Positions 9,923-20,166 of a DNA stretch of 64,000 nucleotides are shown here, piece by piece. The first letter of the stretch is position 1. Every line of letters begins with the position of its first letter. The notes below the pieces were generated by a model. It had not been told where the DNA came from, ran no database searches, and saw only the letters and a list, made by a program, of their open reading frames with translations. Made by a program: the position numbers and the translations under genes. This stretch comes from an uncultured Algimonas sp. (GTDB lineage: Bacteria; Pseudomonadota; Alphaproteobacteria; Caulobacterales; Maricaulaceae): NCBI GenBank assembly GCA_964425355.1, contig CAYRMO010000001.1, positions 13,029 to 77,028 of the forward strand, read 5' to 3'.

Positions 9923-10519
9923 ATGCGGTACCCTCCAGCCTATTATGTTGATAATGATCTGGAATTCACAAATCGGATCATTGAAAATCACGGCTTCTGC
10001 TTGCTGACCTGCCCGAGTGAAATAGGACCGCTTGCAACCCATCTGCCCATGATAAAGGCGGAGAACAACTTATATGGACATGTTGCAGGCAATAACCCCA
10101 TGGTTGATTTTATCGGCACGGAATTGGTTTTTTTGGCTGTCTTTCACGGGGCGCATGATTATATTTCCCCGACACTATATGATGACCCTTCAAGATCAGT
10201 TCCGACATGGGATTATGTATCCGTACATATCCATGGAACGACACGGGCGCTAAGTGCGGAGGAGTCGGTTGATCAAATGCATAATTTGATTGATAAATAT
10301 GAAGGGGAAGCGGGTTGGTATATGGAAGATGCTGCCGAATATGCTTCGCAATTATTTCCGAATATTGTCGCGTTTGAAATGCAAATGGACCGTGTGACAG
10401 GTTTGCGAAAACTCAGTCAAAATAAAAACGCTGAGACGCAAAGCCGGATCATTGATGATTTGCGGGCGCGAGGAAATGTGGATCTTGCCAAAGAAATAGA
10501 CATGATAAGGAAGAGATAA
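9923..10519 (+). CDS. PaiB-like FMN-binding protein
   Basis: ATHLP, YISP, VPTWDY, KLSQNK motifs. Confidence 0.85.
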   Translation: MRYPPAYYVDNDLEFTNRIIENHGFCLLTCPSEIGPLATHLPMIKAENNLYGHVAGNNPMVDFIGTELVFLAVFHGAHDYISPTLYDDPSRSVPTWDYVSVHIHGTTRALSAEESVDQMHNLIDKYEGEAGWYMEDAAEYASQLFPNIVAFEMQMDRVTGLRKLSQNKNAETQSRIIDDLRARGNVDLAKEIDMIRKR

Positions 10520-10520
10520 A

Positions 10521-11219
10521 ATGGAAAAACTAACATATTCTCATAAAGATGGCGTGGCCATAATTACACTGGATGATGGCAAGGCGAATGCTCTCGGCAC
10601 CCAAACATGGGCTGAGTTGAACGAGGCTTTGGACATGGCCAAAAAAGAAGACGCAATTGTAGTTATTACAGGCCGTGACGGTATGATGAGCGGCGGGTTT
10701 GACCTCAAAGAAATGGGGACAGGGCCTCATGACGCCCTCGAGCTTACATCTACTGGGTCTAAATTTGCGCGCCGGATCATGTCTTACCCAAGACCCGTCA
10801 TTATGGCAGCGCCTGGACATACGATTGCGATGGGAGCGTTTCTGGCGCTGGCTTGCGACTATTCCATGATCAAAGCGGGGTCATATAAAGTTGGATTAAA
10901 CGAAACACTGATTGGTATGACCATGCATAATTTTGGCATTGAAATGGGCCGTTACCATCTGGCCAATAATTATTTTAATCGTTGCGTTATTAATGGCGAA
11001 ATCTTTGATCCTAAAGGTGCGATGCATGCGGGATTTTTTGATCGTGTCGTTCCTGAGGAACAATGGCCAATGGCAATTCCCATGGCGGGTCAAATGTTCG
11101 GTCAGCTAAATCCAAAGGCGTTTCGGGAAACAAAATTGCGCAGTCGAAAAGAGATTTTTAAAATTTTAGATCAAGCCATTGAGGATGATCTGGACCCTAA
11201 AAAAGTTCACGCGCTCTAA
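10521..11219 (+). CDS. Enoyl-CoA hydratase/isomerase family protein
   Basis: DDGKANAL, SGGFDL, GHTIAMGAFL, GLNE. Confidence 0.88.
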   Translation: MEKLTYSHKDGVAIITLDDGKANALGTQTWAELNEALDMAKKEDAIVVITGRDGMMSGGFDLKEMGTGPHDALELTSTGSKFARRIMSYPRPVIMAAPGHTIAMGAFLALACDYSMIKAGSYKVGLNETLIGMTMHNFGIEMGRYHLANNYFNRCVINGEIFDPKGAMHAGFFDRVVPEEQWPMAIPMAGQMFGQLNPKAFRETKLRSRKEIFKILDQAIEDDLDPKKVHAL

Positions 11220-11262
11220 GTATAGCGATTTTGAGTTGCATCAGATCGTGAATTATTAGGCC

Positions 11263-12147
11263 ATGGAAAGACGCGATTATCAACTCCGCGATGGCAAGAT
11301 GTCAGCCTTGCATTTTGGGGATGTTTCAAAGCCAATTGGTTTGGTTTTTTTACATGCAAATGGCTTTAATGCCTTGAGCTATCGCGCGATTTTCTCAAGG
11401 CTCGATATTCATTCGGTTGTATTTGATATGCGCGGACATGGCGAGAGCCGGGATATGCCAAAAGAAACGCCCCTTAAAAACTGGCATGTTTTTCGCGATG
11501 ATTGTATAGAATTTTTTGACCGGTACTTACCAGACTTGGCCCATGCGCCCCCGATTTTAGCGGGACATAGTTTCGGAGCTGTGGCCGGGGTTTTGGCCTC
11601 ACCTTTTTTGAAAGGCCGTATAAAGTCTTACATTGGATTTGATCCCGTCTCAGTCCCATTTTTATTTCGGCTGACCTCTATATTGCCCGGTGGTCGTGCC
11701 TATATGGCGAAAAGACTTCCGATTGCGCGAAAAGCCGGACAAAGACGTTCTATCTTCCAAGACCCCGAACAGGCCTTTACCCATTGGCAGGGGCGTGGGG
11801 CCTTCAAGCAAATGTCTGACGTTGTTTTATGGGACTATATTCGGGGTGGCTTGGCGGAAACCGGAAATGGTAATTGGGAGCTAGCCTGTGATCCATTTTG
11901 GGAAACGCGTATTTTTGTCGCCCAATGGCATAATATATTTAAGGCGGCTCGCGACTTACCAGATAAATCCAAGATTATTTATGCAGGCGGTCGACAACTT
12001 GTTTCAACGCGTGGTTCACGCGCGGCGATGCAAAAAGTCCAGCCTAACATTGATGTGCGTTTTGACCCCGAAATCGAACATTTATTTCCATTTTATCAAA
12101 CCGAGCTTACAATTGACCTAATAAATGAATTTTTGAGTAAAACTTAA
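11263..12147 (+). CDS. Alpha/beta hydrolase
   Basis: HANGF, DMRGHG, GHSFG, HLFP. Confidence 0.85.
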   Translation: MERRDYQLRDGKMSALHFGDVSKPIGLVFLHANGFNALSYRAIFSRLDIHSVVFDMRGHGESRDMPKETPLKNWHVFRDDCIEFFDRYLPDLAHAPPILAGHSFGAVAGVLASPFLKGRIKSYIGFDPVSVPFLFRLTSILPGGRAYMAKRLPIARKAGQRRSIFQDPEQAFTHWQGRGAFKQMSDVVLWDYIRGGLAETGNGNWELACDPFWETRIFVAQWHNIFKAARDLPDKSKIIYAGGRQLVSTRGSRAAMQKVQPNIDVRFDPEIEHLFPFYQTELTIDLINEFLSKT

Positions 12148-13082
12148 AGCGGAATATCACTGACGATATTTTTCTTGAGATGTTTGAGTTCCTCATCAGT
12201 GCTCTTGAGTAATTTGCGGGCTTTCAGATCAAATTTACATCCGCTCGCCAACATGGTGATCCAGCTATTACCGCTAATGGGGTCCATTACATTGTGGACG
12301 ATTTCGCGCGTATAGCTATCGGCACTTAGAAGATAAGGCGCGTAATCATAGGCATCACCACGGCTCGGGTAACTATGGATAAAAGCGCGCATTTCCAAAA
12401 GGGCGCCGCTTTTATCACCCGCCATATAATCTGGGTTTTCAAATTCCGGCCAGCCCTTTTTAAACCACCCTATTGTCGACGTTGTACGACCAAAAAAAGA
12501 CCCCAAGCTCACATGTTCAGTTATGTCGAGTTCGGATTTTTTAAAGACGCCCGCGCCAATGATGTCAATATTGTGAGATGTGAGTTCCGATATGGTCGTG
12601 CCCTGATATTTGATTTGCGTATCGAGATTTCGAGCTTTTGCTGGCCCGGGCATGTCAGTCATATGATTTTTGGCACTATCTAGGAGACGTTTCGGCCATG
12701 GAAATATTTTATCTTCGGGAAGATAGATATGTTCGACTGTTTCGACCATTGTTGCTGCGATGCGCCCGTCGCGATGGGTCATAATGTGACAAAGGCGAAT
12801 ATCGCAGTCCCCAATTGATATAACGGCGCTATCTATACGTAGCGAGTTTCCAGGTCTCGCTTCGCCTTGGTATTTTATGTGAAAGTCACGTACGCGTAAG
12901 GAGCTAACGGTTCCGCTTTGATAGGCATGTTTTAGCCCAAGGCGGATCATAAACCGTTGTCGCGCCTCATCGGTTTTATGGGCATAATGCCGCATATTCA
13001 TGTGACCTAATTCGTCACACTCCCACGCCGAACATTCACCTGCCCAACTTAACGTAAAGTCACTTAGAAAATTTAGGGTCAT
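12144..13082 (-). CDS. Thioesterase family protein (double hot-dog)
   Basis: WECDELGHMN 4HBT-like motif; length fits two domains. Confidence 0.75.
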   Translation of the reverse strand: MTLNFLSDFTLSWAGECSAWECDELGHMNMRHYAHKTDEARQRFMIRLGLKHAYQSGTVSSLRVRDFHIKYQGEARPGNSLRIDSAVISIGDCDIRLCHIMTHRDGRIAATMVETVEHIYLPEDKIFPWPKRLLDSAKNHMTDMPGPAKARNLDTQIKYQGTTISELTSHNIDIIGAGVFKKSELDITEHVSLGSFFGRTTSTIGWFKKGWPEFENPDYMAGDKSGALLEMRAFIHSYPSRGDAYDYAPYLLSADSYTREIVHNVMDPISGNSWITMLASGCKFDLKARKLLKSTDEELKHLKKNIVSDIPL

Positions 13083-13109
13083 GTTTGAACGATTATCTTG
13101 TAAATCGCC

Positions 13110-13556
13110 CTAGGCGGCGCATTTCCCACAAACCCCATAATGTTCAACAACAGAACGGGTAATCGCAAATCCATCTGGTCGGCAATCTCCGTGATCATGT
13201 GCGTGGCGTTCTTCGACCCCCGAACAGCTTTCGCAGATGAAAAACTCAGCCATATGATGATGTTCATCATCGGCGTGATGGTGGGTATGATCACAAGCGA
13301 TAAATGCATTTAAGGCTTCGACCCTATGAATGAGGCCATGTCGGGATAGAAACTCTAAAGCCCGGTAAACCGTAGGCGGTTTGGGACTTCCGACATCAGG
13401 TTTGATTCTATCGAGTAAATCATAGGCTTTGATTGCACTTCCATCTTCTATGATGAGTTCAAGAACATGGGCCCGTAAGGGGGTGAAACGTTCACCCGCA
13501 CCTTCAACAATCTGTCTGGCGCGTTCAATTCTATGGAGTAGTGTTGTCTCAGTCAT
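13110..13556 (-). CDS. zur: Fur family regulator, Zur-like
   Basis: KAYDLL, PPTVYRALEFL, HRVEALNAF, two CxxC, His-rich loop. Confidence 0.8.
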   Translation of the reverse strand: MTETTLLHRIERARQIVEGAGERFTPLRAHVLELIIEDGSAIKAYDLLDRIKPDVGSPKPPTVYRALEFLSRHGLIHRVEALNAFIACDHTHHHADDEHHHMAEFFICESCSGVEERHAHDHGDCRPDGFAITRSVVEHYGVCGKCAA

Positions 13557-13707
13557 AGTTTTCTATAGACTAGCTTTATTGATTTCACCAGTCTGTAAAC
13601 CGTCTTTGCGTTAACCGTATTCCAAGGTTGAAGACTAGGAGAAGACTCGCTAAAGGCCCTGCTCAGCATTATGACCATGCCCAATTCTGGGTAAGCAGGG
13701 GAATGAA

Positions 13708-14484
13708 ATGGCAAAAGACGACAATCAGGTTAAAATTAGCGGAAATGTGATGTTTTATGAAAATCCAGTGCCGCTGACGAAAGAAAAGCACGGTGATTTT
13801 GGTGTGTCTCAAGTCGACAAGCCTTTTGAATTTATTGCCACACAACATTTTATGCCTTTAACGGCGTCTGAATTCGGAAATGCATCAGCCTCTGTCCCAA
13901 TTATCTTTGCAGGTGATGAGCGTTCGCCACTCGCTGTTATGGGCATTCGGTCAGGCGAAAACCTCTTTGTTGAAGAAGGTAATTTTGCTCAAGATTTTTA
14001 TCTTCCAGCTTTCGCACGTCGCTACCCATTTGTACTCGCTGGCGATCCTCAGAATGATCGTTTTGTCGTTTGTGTCGACGAAAAGGCCGAATGCGTGACA
14101 AAGAAAAAGCCACAACAGAAATTCTTCGATGGCGATGACACATCACAATATACAAAAGAAGCTTTCCAATTTTTGCAAAATTTCGAACGTGACCGTCAAG
14201 CCACAAATAAAATGATCGAGGATTTTAAAGCGCTTGATCTGTTTGAACCAAAGGACATGCATTTTCAGGGACAAAATCCTGATGGAACTCCCGCGGAACG
14301 TCAAAAAATCGCAGATTATTTTGCAGTGTCAGAAGAAAAGTTAAAAGCACTTCCAGACGCTAAGCTCGCAGAATTTACAAAGAACGGGTATTTGGCAGTT
14401 GCCTATGCGCATTTGCTTTCACTCAATAACTGGCAGCGTTTGGTCAATATGACCCTCCGTCGTGCTGCAGAGGCTCAAGCTTAA
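13708..14484 (+). CDS. SapC family protein
   Basis: PIIFAG, ENLFV, YLPAFARRYPF, AHLLSL. Confidence 0.8.
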   Translation: MAKDDNQVKISGNVMFYENPVPLTKEKHGDFGVSQVDKPFEFIATQHFMPLTASEFGNASASVPIIFAGDERSPLAVMGIRSGENLFVEEGNFAQDFYLPAFARRYPFVLAGDPQNDRFVVCVDEKAECVTKKKPQQKFFDGDDTSQYTKEAFQFLQNFERDRQATNKMIEDFKALDLFEPKDMHFQGQNPDGTPAERQKIADYFAVSEEKLKALPDAKLAEFTKNGYLAVAYAHLLSLNNWQRLVNMTLRRAAEAQA

Positions 14485-14511
14485 AGCCATTTATAAAGCG
14501 AATAGATTTTT

Positions 14512-14541
14512 AACCCGGCCTTGCAAAAGGTCGGGTTTTTT
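14512..14541 (+). terminator. Rho-independent terminator
   Basis: AACCCGGCCTT-GCAA-AAGGTCGGGTT followed by T-run. Confidence 0.8.
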
Positions 14542-14607
14542 AATGGCTAAAATGGAATTGCGCTCAGGTAAAATTCATTGCACTTTGTTTTTTGAATTGA
14601 ATGGAAG

Positions 14608-16458
14608 ATGCTTATGTCACTCTCACGTCGAAATGTACTCCTCGGGTCTGCCGCGATCGGCGGGTTAAGTGTTCTTCCGGGGTGTAAAGAATCTCCATCT
14701 TCTGATCTTCAAGGTTCGACAAAAATGGCGGCTGAAGCGGCCTTAAATGGTGCTCAAGATCTGATGCTGAGGCTTTTCCCAGAAACGGTTACCAGCTTGG
14801 GTCTCAAAGATCAGAAATATGCCAGCGCCAAGTTTAACCTTGAAGATCGCTCACGTGCTGGACAGGATACTCAAGCGCGCGAATTGAAACCTGTGCTCGA
14901 GGCTTTAAGGGCCATAGATACATCTGAAATTTCTCCGGAATTAGGGTTAGATGTCGATGTTGTTCGCGCCGTTTTTGAGCGAAGCGCGACCGGTTTTGAT
15001 TTCCCATTTGGCGATATGGCATTGCTGAATTATAATTGGTCTTACCGGAATAGCCCTTATGTCGTGGCGCAAAATACGGGTGCATTTATCGAGATCCCAA
15101 GCTTCCTCGATAGTTCACACGCGATTGAATCAGCGGGTGATGCTGAAAGTTATCTCGCTCGCATGCAAGCCTTTGCCGATCAATTAGACGGAGAAGCCGA
15201 AAGGATAACGCAGGACGGTGAGACCGGCATGATCTTGCCAGACTTTTTGATGGAAAAAACACTGGGACAATTACGGTCTGCCCGTGATCAAGACCCTGCG
15301 ACATGGACTTTGGTGCGCTCTATTGGCGTTCGCGGAGCGCCTTATGGCGAGTTTGAGGATGAGGCCCTGCGGATTGCTCAGAAAATTGTACATCCAGCTT
15401 TAACGCGTCAAATCGAGGCCTTGGAAAAATTAGCCCCGCAAGCCACGGATAAGGCAGGGGTTTGGGCGCGTCCCGATGGTGATGCCTATTATGACTGGAC
15501 ATTAGGCGCGGCGACAACGACCAATATGACATCGGATGAGGTGCATCAAATGGGCTTGGACGAGCTAGCCGCCCTTCACGCCGAGATGGATCCAATTTTA
15601 CGCGCGTTAGGCTATACTGAAGGGGGCGTCGGGGCACGTATGGCAGCTTTGGCCGAAGACCCGCGTTATCAATTTAAACCGGGAGATCCGGGACGGGCCG
15701 AGATCATGGCCTTTATTGACGAGACCGTGGACGATATTCGCGGTCGTATGCCCGAAGCTTTTGAGACCCTTGTTCCGGGGTTTCTCGAAGTCACACGTAT
15801 TGATCCGTCCGTCGAGGCAGGCGCACCAGGGGCTTATGGAGGGGCCGGATCTGTAGACGGAACCAAGCCCGGGCATTTCTGGATTAACCTTCGAAATACC
15901 GCGATTCACAATAAATTTGATCTAGCAGATCTCACTTATCACGAGGCCATACCTGGCCATGTTTGGCAGGGTGAATATGCGTTTAAGCAATCTTTGGTGC
16001 GCTCAATGCTCGCCTTTAATGCCTATTCGGAAGGCTGGGCCCTCTATGCGCAACAAATTGCGGCGGAACTTGGGGTCTATGATGATTTTCCGGCCGGGCG
16101 TTTGGGTTATCTTCAATCCCTTGGATTTAGAGCCTGCCGTCTTGTGGTTGATTCTGGGTTACACGCGAAACAATGGACACGCCAGCAAGCCAATGAATGG
16201 TTTGTTGAAAATAATGGGTCTAACCCTGATGCCGTGGCGGGCGAGATTGATCGCTATTGTGCATGGCCGGGACAAGCCTTGGGATATAAAGTGGGACATA
16301 CGCGCATAAACCAACTCAGGCAAAACGCGAAGGCTGAGCTTGGCGATAAGTTTGATTATCGACGCTTTAATGATGCGGTGGTCCTAGGCGGCCCTGTTCC
16401 TATGGATGTATTGGGGCGCGTGATCGACCGATATATAAAACGTGACCTAGCCCGTTGA
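14608..16458 (+). CDS. DUF885 family protein, Tat-exported lipoprotein (putative metallopeptidase)
   Basis: SRRNVL Tat motif, LPGC lipobox, HEAIPGH, EGWALY, PGQALGYKVG. Confidence 0.88.
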   Translation: MLMSLSRRNVLLGSAAIGGLSVLPGCKESPSSDLQGSTKMAAEAALNGAQDLMLRLFPETVTSLGLKDQKYASAKFNLEDRSRAGQDTQARELKPVLEALRAIDTSEISPELGLDVDVVRAVFERSATGFDFPFGDMALLNYNWSYRNSPYVVAQNTGAFIEIPSFLDSSHAIESAGDAESYLARMQAFADQLDGEAERITQDGETGMILPDFLMEKTLGQLRSARDQDPATWTLVRSIGVRGAPYGEFEDEALRIAQKIVHPALTRQIEALEKLAPQATDKAGVWARPDGDAYYDWTLGAATTTNMTSDEVHQMGLDELAALHAEMDPILRALGYTEGGVGARMAALAEDPRYQFKPGDPGRAEIMAFIDETVDDIRGRMPEAFETLVPGFLEVTRIDPSVEAGAPGAYGGAGSVDGTKPGHFWINLRNTAIHNKFDLADLTYHEAIPGHVWQGEYAFKQSLVRSMLAFNAYSEGWALYAQQIAAELGVYDDFPAGRLGYLQSLGFRACRLVVDSGLHAKQWTRQQANEWFVENNGSNPDAVAGEIDRYCAWPGQALGYKVGHTRINQLRQNAKAELGDKFDYRRFNDAVVLGGPVPMDVLGRVIDRYIKRDLAR

Positions 16459-16521
16459 TCCAGGTTTTTGTATCCGGACATAGAGCCGGCACGAGCTGTA
16501 ACGAAAATTATGACACGTTTC

Positions 16522-16556
16522 GCACGAAACTGTGCGAGATCTGCACGAAACTGTGC
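16522..16556. repeat. Tandem 14-bp repeat GCACGAAACTGTGC x2, 21-bp period
   Basis: Exact copies at 16522-16535 and 16543-16556, each GCAC-N6-GTGC. Confidence 0.8.
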
Positions 16557-16592
16557 ATCGCTTTATTAATAAACGCAGGTTAGGGGAGCTCA

Positions 16593-18632
16593 ATGTTTCG
16601 TTTCGTGCTCATATGCGTTTTTATCTGGTCGTGTGTCACGACGGCCTTCGCACGTGAAAGCGTGTCACTCGATACTGGCCGGACCGAAATTTCGTTGGTC
16701 TCGGATCACAATACAATAGAGCCAGGACAAGACTTCACGGTTCTTTTGCGCATGCGGTTTGACGAGAACTGGTATAGCTATTGGAAAAATCCGGGCGATA
16801 GTGGCGAGCCTGTGATGCTAAGATGGGAGCTTCCACCAGGATTTAGCGCGGGCGACATTCAATGGCCCGTGCCTCATGTTAAATGGGTCGGACCGATCGC
16901 ATCTTTCGCCTTAGACGGCGAAGTCCTCTTGCCTGTCACAATCACCGTTGATGAGACGGCCCAAACGGATTTACCGGTCACACTAAAAGCGCGAACGTTT
17001 TTCCTTGTCTGCTATGACGTGTGTGTGCCGGAGCAAGGGCAGCTCTCCTTGCCAATGGGTATGGGGGAACCAAAAATTGATCCTGTTGGATCAGATATGG
17101 TTGCGACCGCCCTGTCAAAAATACCGCAAAACATAGAAGCAAAGGCCGCCATTCGTCATGAAGGCGCGCACATCATATTTGATATTGCAGATCTGCCAAA
17201 GGGTTTTGAGGCGGCAGACATTTTCCCCAATTCACAACCCGTCCTTGCCCATAGCCAACCCATTACGCGTCAACTCGCAAAAAATGGCGTGAGATTTACT
17301 GGCCAACCCGGTTATGGTTGGGATGACGCGGGAATAGGTGAGGCCTTTGATGCGACCCTCGTTAATGCGCAGGGCAAGGGGATTGTTGTCAATGTTGTCC
17401 CAGGCGCATCAATTGATATCGGACCATTTAATTCAGGGTCAGCAGGAACAGGCTCTATCAGCTGGTTGGGTGCAATTATCGGAGCCTTTATTGGCGGATT
17501 AATCCTCAATCTTATGCCCTGCGTCTTCCCGGTGATTTCGCTTAAGGCTCTATCTTTGGCAAAAACCGCCCATGGAGAGAGACGCGCGGTCAGACGTGAG
17601 GGTTGGGCCTATACGATAGGCGTGCTTGTTACGTTCCTATTGCTTGCGATATTTATTCTTGGCCTCAAAGCGGGTGGCGCGTCGATCGGCTGGGGTTTCC
17701 AGCTTCAATCGCCTTGGCTTGTCGGATTGCTTGCCCTGTTACTTTTTGCAATCGGACTTAACCTTTTGGGTGTTTATGAAATCGGAGGTCGTTTGCAAAA
17801 TGCCGGCGGTGACCTCGTCGAAAAATCAGGTCCGATGCGATCCTTCTTCACAGGTATATTAGCTGTTATTGTCGCCACGCCTTGTACGGCACCCTTTATG
17901 GCCGGAGCTGTTGGGCTGGCGCTCGCCAGTTCTGCCGGCGTTACTTTGAGCATTTTTCTGGCTTTGGGGCTTGGCTTTGCGCTCCCCTTCTTGCTGATTG
18001 CTTACCTGCCTGGCTTGCTTGCGCGCCTCCCAAAGCCAGGGCCTTGGATGGAAACATTTAAACAAGTTCTTGCTTTTCCCATGTTTGGTGCGGCTATCTG
18101 GTTGATTTGGGTCTTAAGCCTGCAAGCTGGCGCGCCTGGCGTATTAAAAATATTGTCGAGCCTCCTTATTCTCGGATTTGGTATCTGGCTGGTCAAAGGC
18201 AAATCGAATGTCTTGAAAATTCTCGGAGGTGTGGTTTGCGTCCTAGCGCTTCTTACCTCACTATCCGTTCGTCCTGAAAATTCAGCGGCAGACCTTCACG
18301 CTACAAGCTGGTCCCCGCAAGTGGTCTCGCAATTGCAATCTGAGGGCCGTCCCGTTTTTGTCGATTTTACAGCCGCATGGTGTGTAACCTGTAAGGTCAA
18401 TGAAGGTCTGGTTTTAAATAGGCAGAAAACAAAGTCGCTTTTTGAACGCACAGATACAGCGTTTCTTGTGGCGGATTGGACGAATAGGGATGATGTTATC
18501 GCGGCCGAGCTCAAACGATTTGGTCGGGCAGGCGTACCCTTATATCTGGTTTATATACCTGGGACGGCAGAGCCTGAAATATTACCGCAAACCCTCTCCT
18601 ATAGGGACTTGAAAGAGGCCCTAGAAGATTGA
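16593..18632 (+). CDS. Thiol:disulfide interchange protein, DsbD/ScsB family
   Basis: YWKNPGDSG, CYDVC, LNLMPCVFP, TPCTAPFM, WCVTC thioredoxin domain. Confidence 0.9.
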   Translation: MFRFVLICVFIWSCVTTAFARESVSLDTGRTEISLVSDHNTIEPGQDFTVLLRMRFDENWYSYWKNPGDSGEPVMLRWELPPGFSAGDIQWPVPHVKWVGPIASFALDGEVLLPVTITVDETAQTDLPVTLKARTFFLVCYDVCVPEQGQLSLPMGMGEPKIDPVGSDMVATALSKIPQNIEAKAAIRHEGAHIIFDIADLPKGFEAADIFPNSQPVLAHSQPITRQLAKNGVRFTGQPGYGWDDAGIGEAFDATLVNAQGKGIVVNVVPGASIDIGPFNSGSAGTGSISWLGAIIGAFIGGLILNLMPCVFPVISLKALSLAKTAHGERRAVRREGWAYTIGVLVTFLLLAIFILGLKAGGASIGWGFQLQSPWLVGLLALLLFAIGLNLLGVYEIGGRLQNAGGDLVEKSGPMRSFFTGILAVIVATPCTAPFMAGAVGLALASSAGVTLSIFLALGLGFALPFLLIAYLPGLLARLPKPGPWMETFKQVLAFPMFGAAIWLIWVLSLQAGAPGVLKILSSLLILGFGIWLVKGKSNVLKILGGVVCVLALLTSLSVRPENSAADLHATSWSPQVVSQLQSEGRPVFVDFTAAWCVTCKVNEGLVLNRQKTKSLFERTDTAFLVADWTNRDDVIAAELKRFGRAGVPLYLVYIPGTAEPEILPQTLSYRDLKEALED

Positions 18633-18872
18633 TTATTCGGCGGCCTGTTTGAGGTCGCCAATGACTTCATCCGGTTCATAGACAAGTATATCAGCTGGCT
18701 GACACTCAAGTTCCCGGCATAAGGCATCCAAGGTCGAAAACCGAATAGCGCGTGCTTTCCCTGTTTTTAGAATTGATAAATTCGCAAGTGTGATACCCAC
18801 ACGTTCCGCCAGTTCAGTGAGCGACATCTTTCGGTCTAGTAAGACCCTGTCCAGATTGACTTTGATAGCCAT
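18633..18872 (-). CDS. XRE family HTH regulator (YozG-like)
   Basis: NLSILKTGKARAIRFSTL, CQPADIL. Confidence 0.9.
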   Translation of the reverse strand: MAIKVNLDRVLLDRKMSLTELAERVGITLANLSILKTGKARAIRFSTLDALCRELECQPADILVYEPDEVIGDLKQAAE

Positions 18873-19414
18873 TAGATTGTGAGTTCCTGCTCAGCGCGTA
18901 GAGCGGCGCCATGCCGGAAGGCTTCGGAAATTGCGGCAATAACGAATATAAAGAACCAAGTTCCAATATTAACTTCAAACATATTGCCATTTTCAGGCCC
19001 GAGCCAGAATTTGGCTAAAGCGTGGAAAAATTCTGTGGCCGCCATTATCAACCATATTAGGCGTAGGCGCTTAATATTCTCCAATTTGAAAGGATCGCCA
19101 TGCATGATGGCGAGAACAACTTTATGCAAAATTCGAAGAACGAAAAACCAACCCGTTACGACAATGACGGCAGCCAGACACCGTCCCAACATAACATTTG
19201 GGTCCAAATTCGCGTCACTCGTTGCGAGCATCGTATCACGAAACTCACTTGGTATGGCCATAAGGCATATCATGATCAGGAGCACGACCAGGAAAAACGC
19301 AAACATAAACTGCCCAATCAGCAAGAGAATAGAAAGGGCTCGGGTCATGGACGAATTTTTGACAGCGGAGAGCGATTCAATCTGATTATGTAGGTCACTG
19401 GACGACATAGACAT
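18872..19414 (-). CDS. DUF2975 membrane protein
   Basis: GDPF...NIKRL, C-terminal LRAEQELTI; usual partner of YozG-like XRE. Confidence 0.85.
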   Translation of the reverse strand: MSMSSSDLHNQIESLSAVKNSSMTRALSILLLIGQFMFAFFLVVLLIMICLMAIPSEFRDTMLATSDANLDPNVMLGRCLAAVIVVTGWFFVLRILHKVVLAIMHGDPFKLENIKRLRLIWLIMAATEFFHALAKFWLGPENGNMFEVNIGTWFFIFVIAAISEAFRHGAALRAEQELTI

Positions 19415-19428
19415 ATTGATAAACAATA
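19414..19428. promoter_or_regulatory. Probable XRE operator over the DUF2975 start
   Basis: Palindrome TATTG-ATAAA-CAATA abutting the ATG. Confidence 0.5.
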
Positions 19429-19527
19429 ATGCATTACATGCAAGTCCGTAGCGACGTTCTCTTTAGACGTTTTGTCTTTTGTGGCGAAGGCTTGTTTAGC
19501 TTGCACTAGAGTTCTAAGCCCGTCTCC

Positions 19528-20166
19528 ATGAAAAACACCAAATTAGAATCCGGGCAAAAAATTGTCGTTGCATCGCATAATGAAGGGAAGGTGCGTGAAA
19601 TTCGGGATCTTTTGAGCCCTTTTGGTTTGATCACAATTAGCGCGTCAGAACTGGGATTAGATGAGCCTGAAGAGACCGAGACGACATTTGCCGGCAATGC
19701 AGCCCTAAAAGCCCTTGCAGCCGCCAAGGCGTCAAATCTTCCAGCCCTTTCAGATGATAGCGGATTGGCGATTGATGCGCTGAACGGAGATCCGGGAATT
19801 TATGCGGCACGTTGGGCTGAACTCCCTAGGATCGAAGTTGAGACTTATGGTCAAAGACGGGATTTCGACATGGCGATGTGGCATGTGAATGATAAATTGG
19901 GCGATTCAAAAAATAGACGCGGACGGTTTATCTGCGCCTTATGCCTCGCTTGGCCTAATGGAGACACCTCAATTTATGAGGGAAAGGTTGAAGGTGATAT
20001 GATCTGGCCACCCAGAGGCGAAAAGGGATTTGGGTATGATCCAATTTTTCAGGCCTTAGGGGATACGCAAACATTTGCCGAGATCGATCCATCTCAAAAA
20101 CATGCTAAAAGTCATCGTGCTGATGCTTTTGCCAAATTTCTCAAGGCTCAATTCCCAAATGGATAA
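19528..20166 (+). CDS. rdgB: Non-canonical purine NTP pyrophosphatase
   Basis: ASHNEGK, DDSGL, GFGYDPIF, SHR. Confidence 0.93.
   Translation: MKNTKLESGQKIVVASHNEGKVREIRDLLSPFGLITISASELGLDEPEETETTFAGNAALKALAAAKASNLPALSDDSGLAIDALNGDPGIYAARWAELPRIEVETYGQRRDFDMAMWHVNDKLGDSKNRRGRFICALCLAWPNGDTSIYEGKVEGDMIWPPRGEKGFGYDPIFQALGDTQTFAEIDPSQKHAKSHRADAFAKFLKAQFPNG

Noticed and set aside
13708-14484. SapC as part of a halogenase/TonB or S-layer cluster
   Set aside because: None of those partner genes are adjacent
18879-19385. 168-aa plus-strand ORF and similar shadow ORFs (e.g. 23861-24367, 52875-53402, 62902-63600)
   Set aside because: Antisense or off-frame to well-supported genes, with no recognisable motifs
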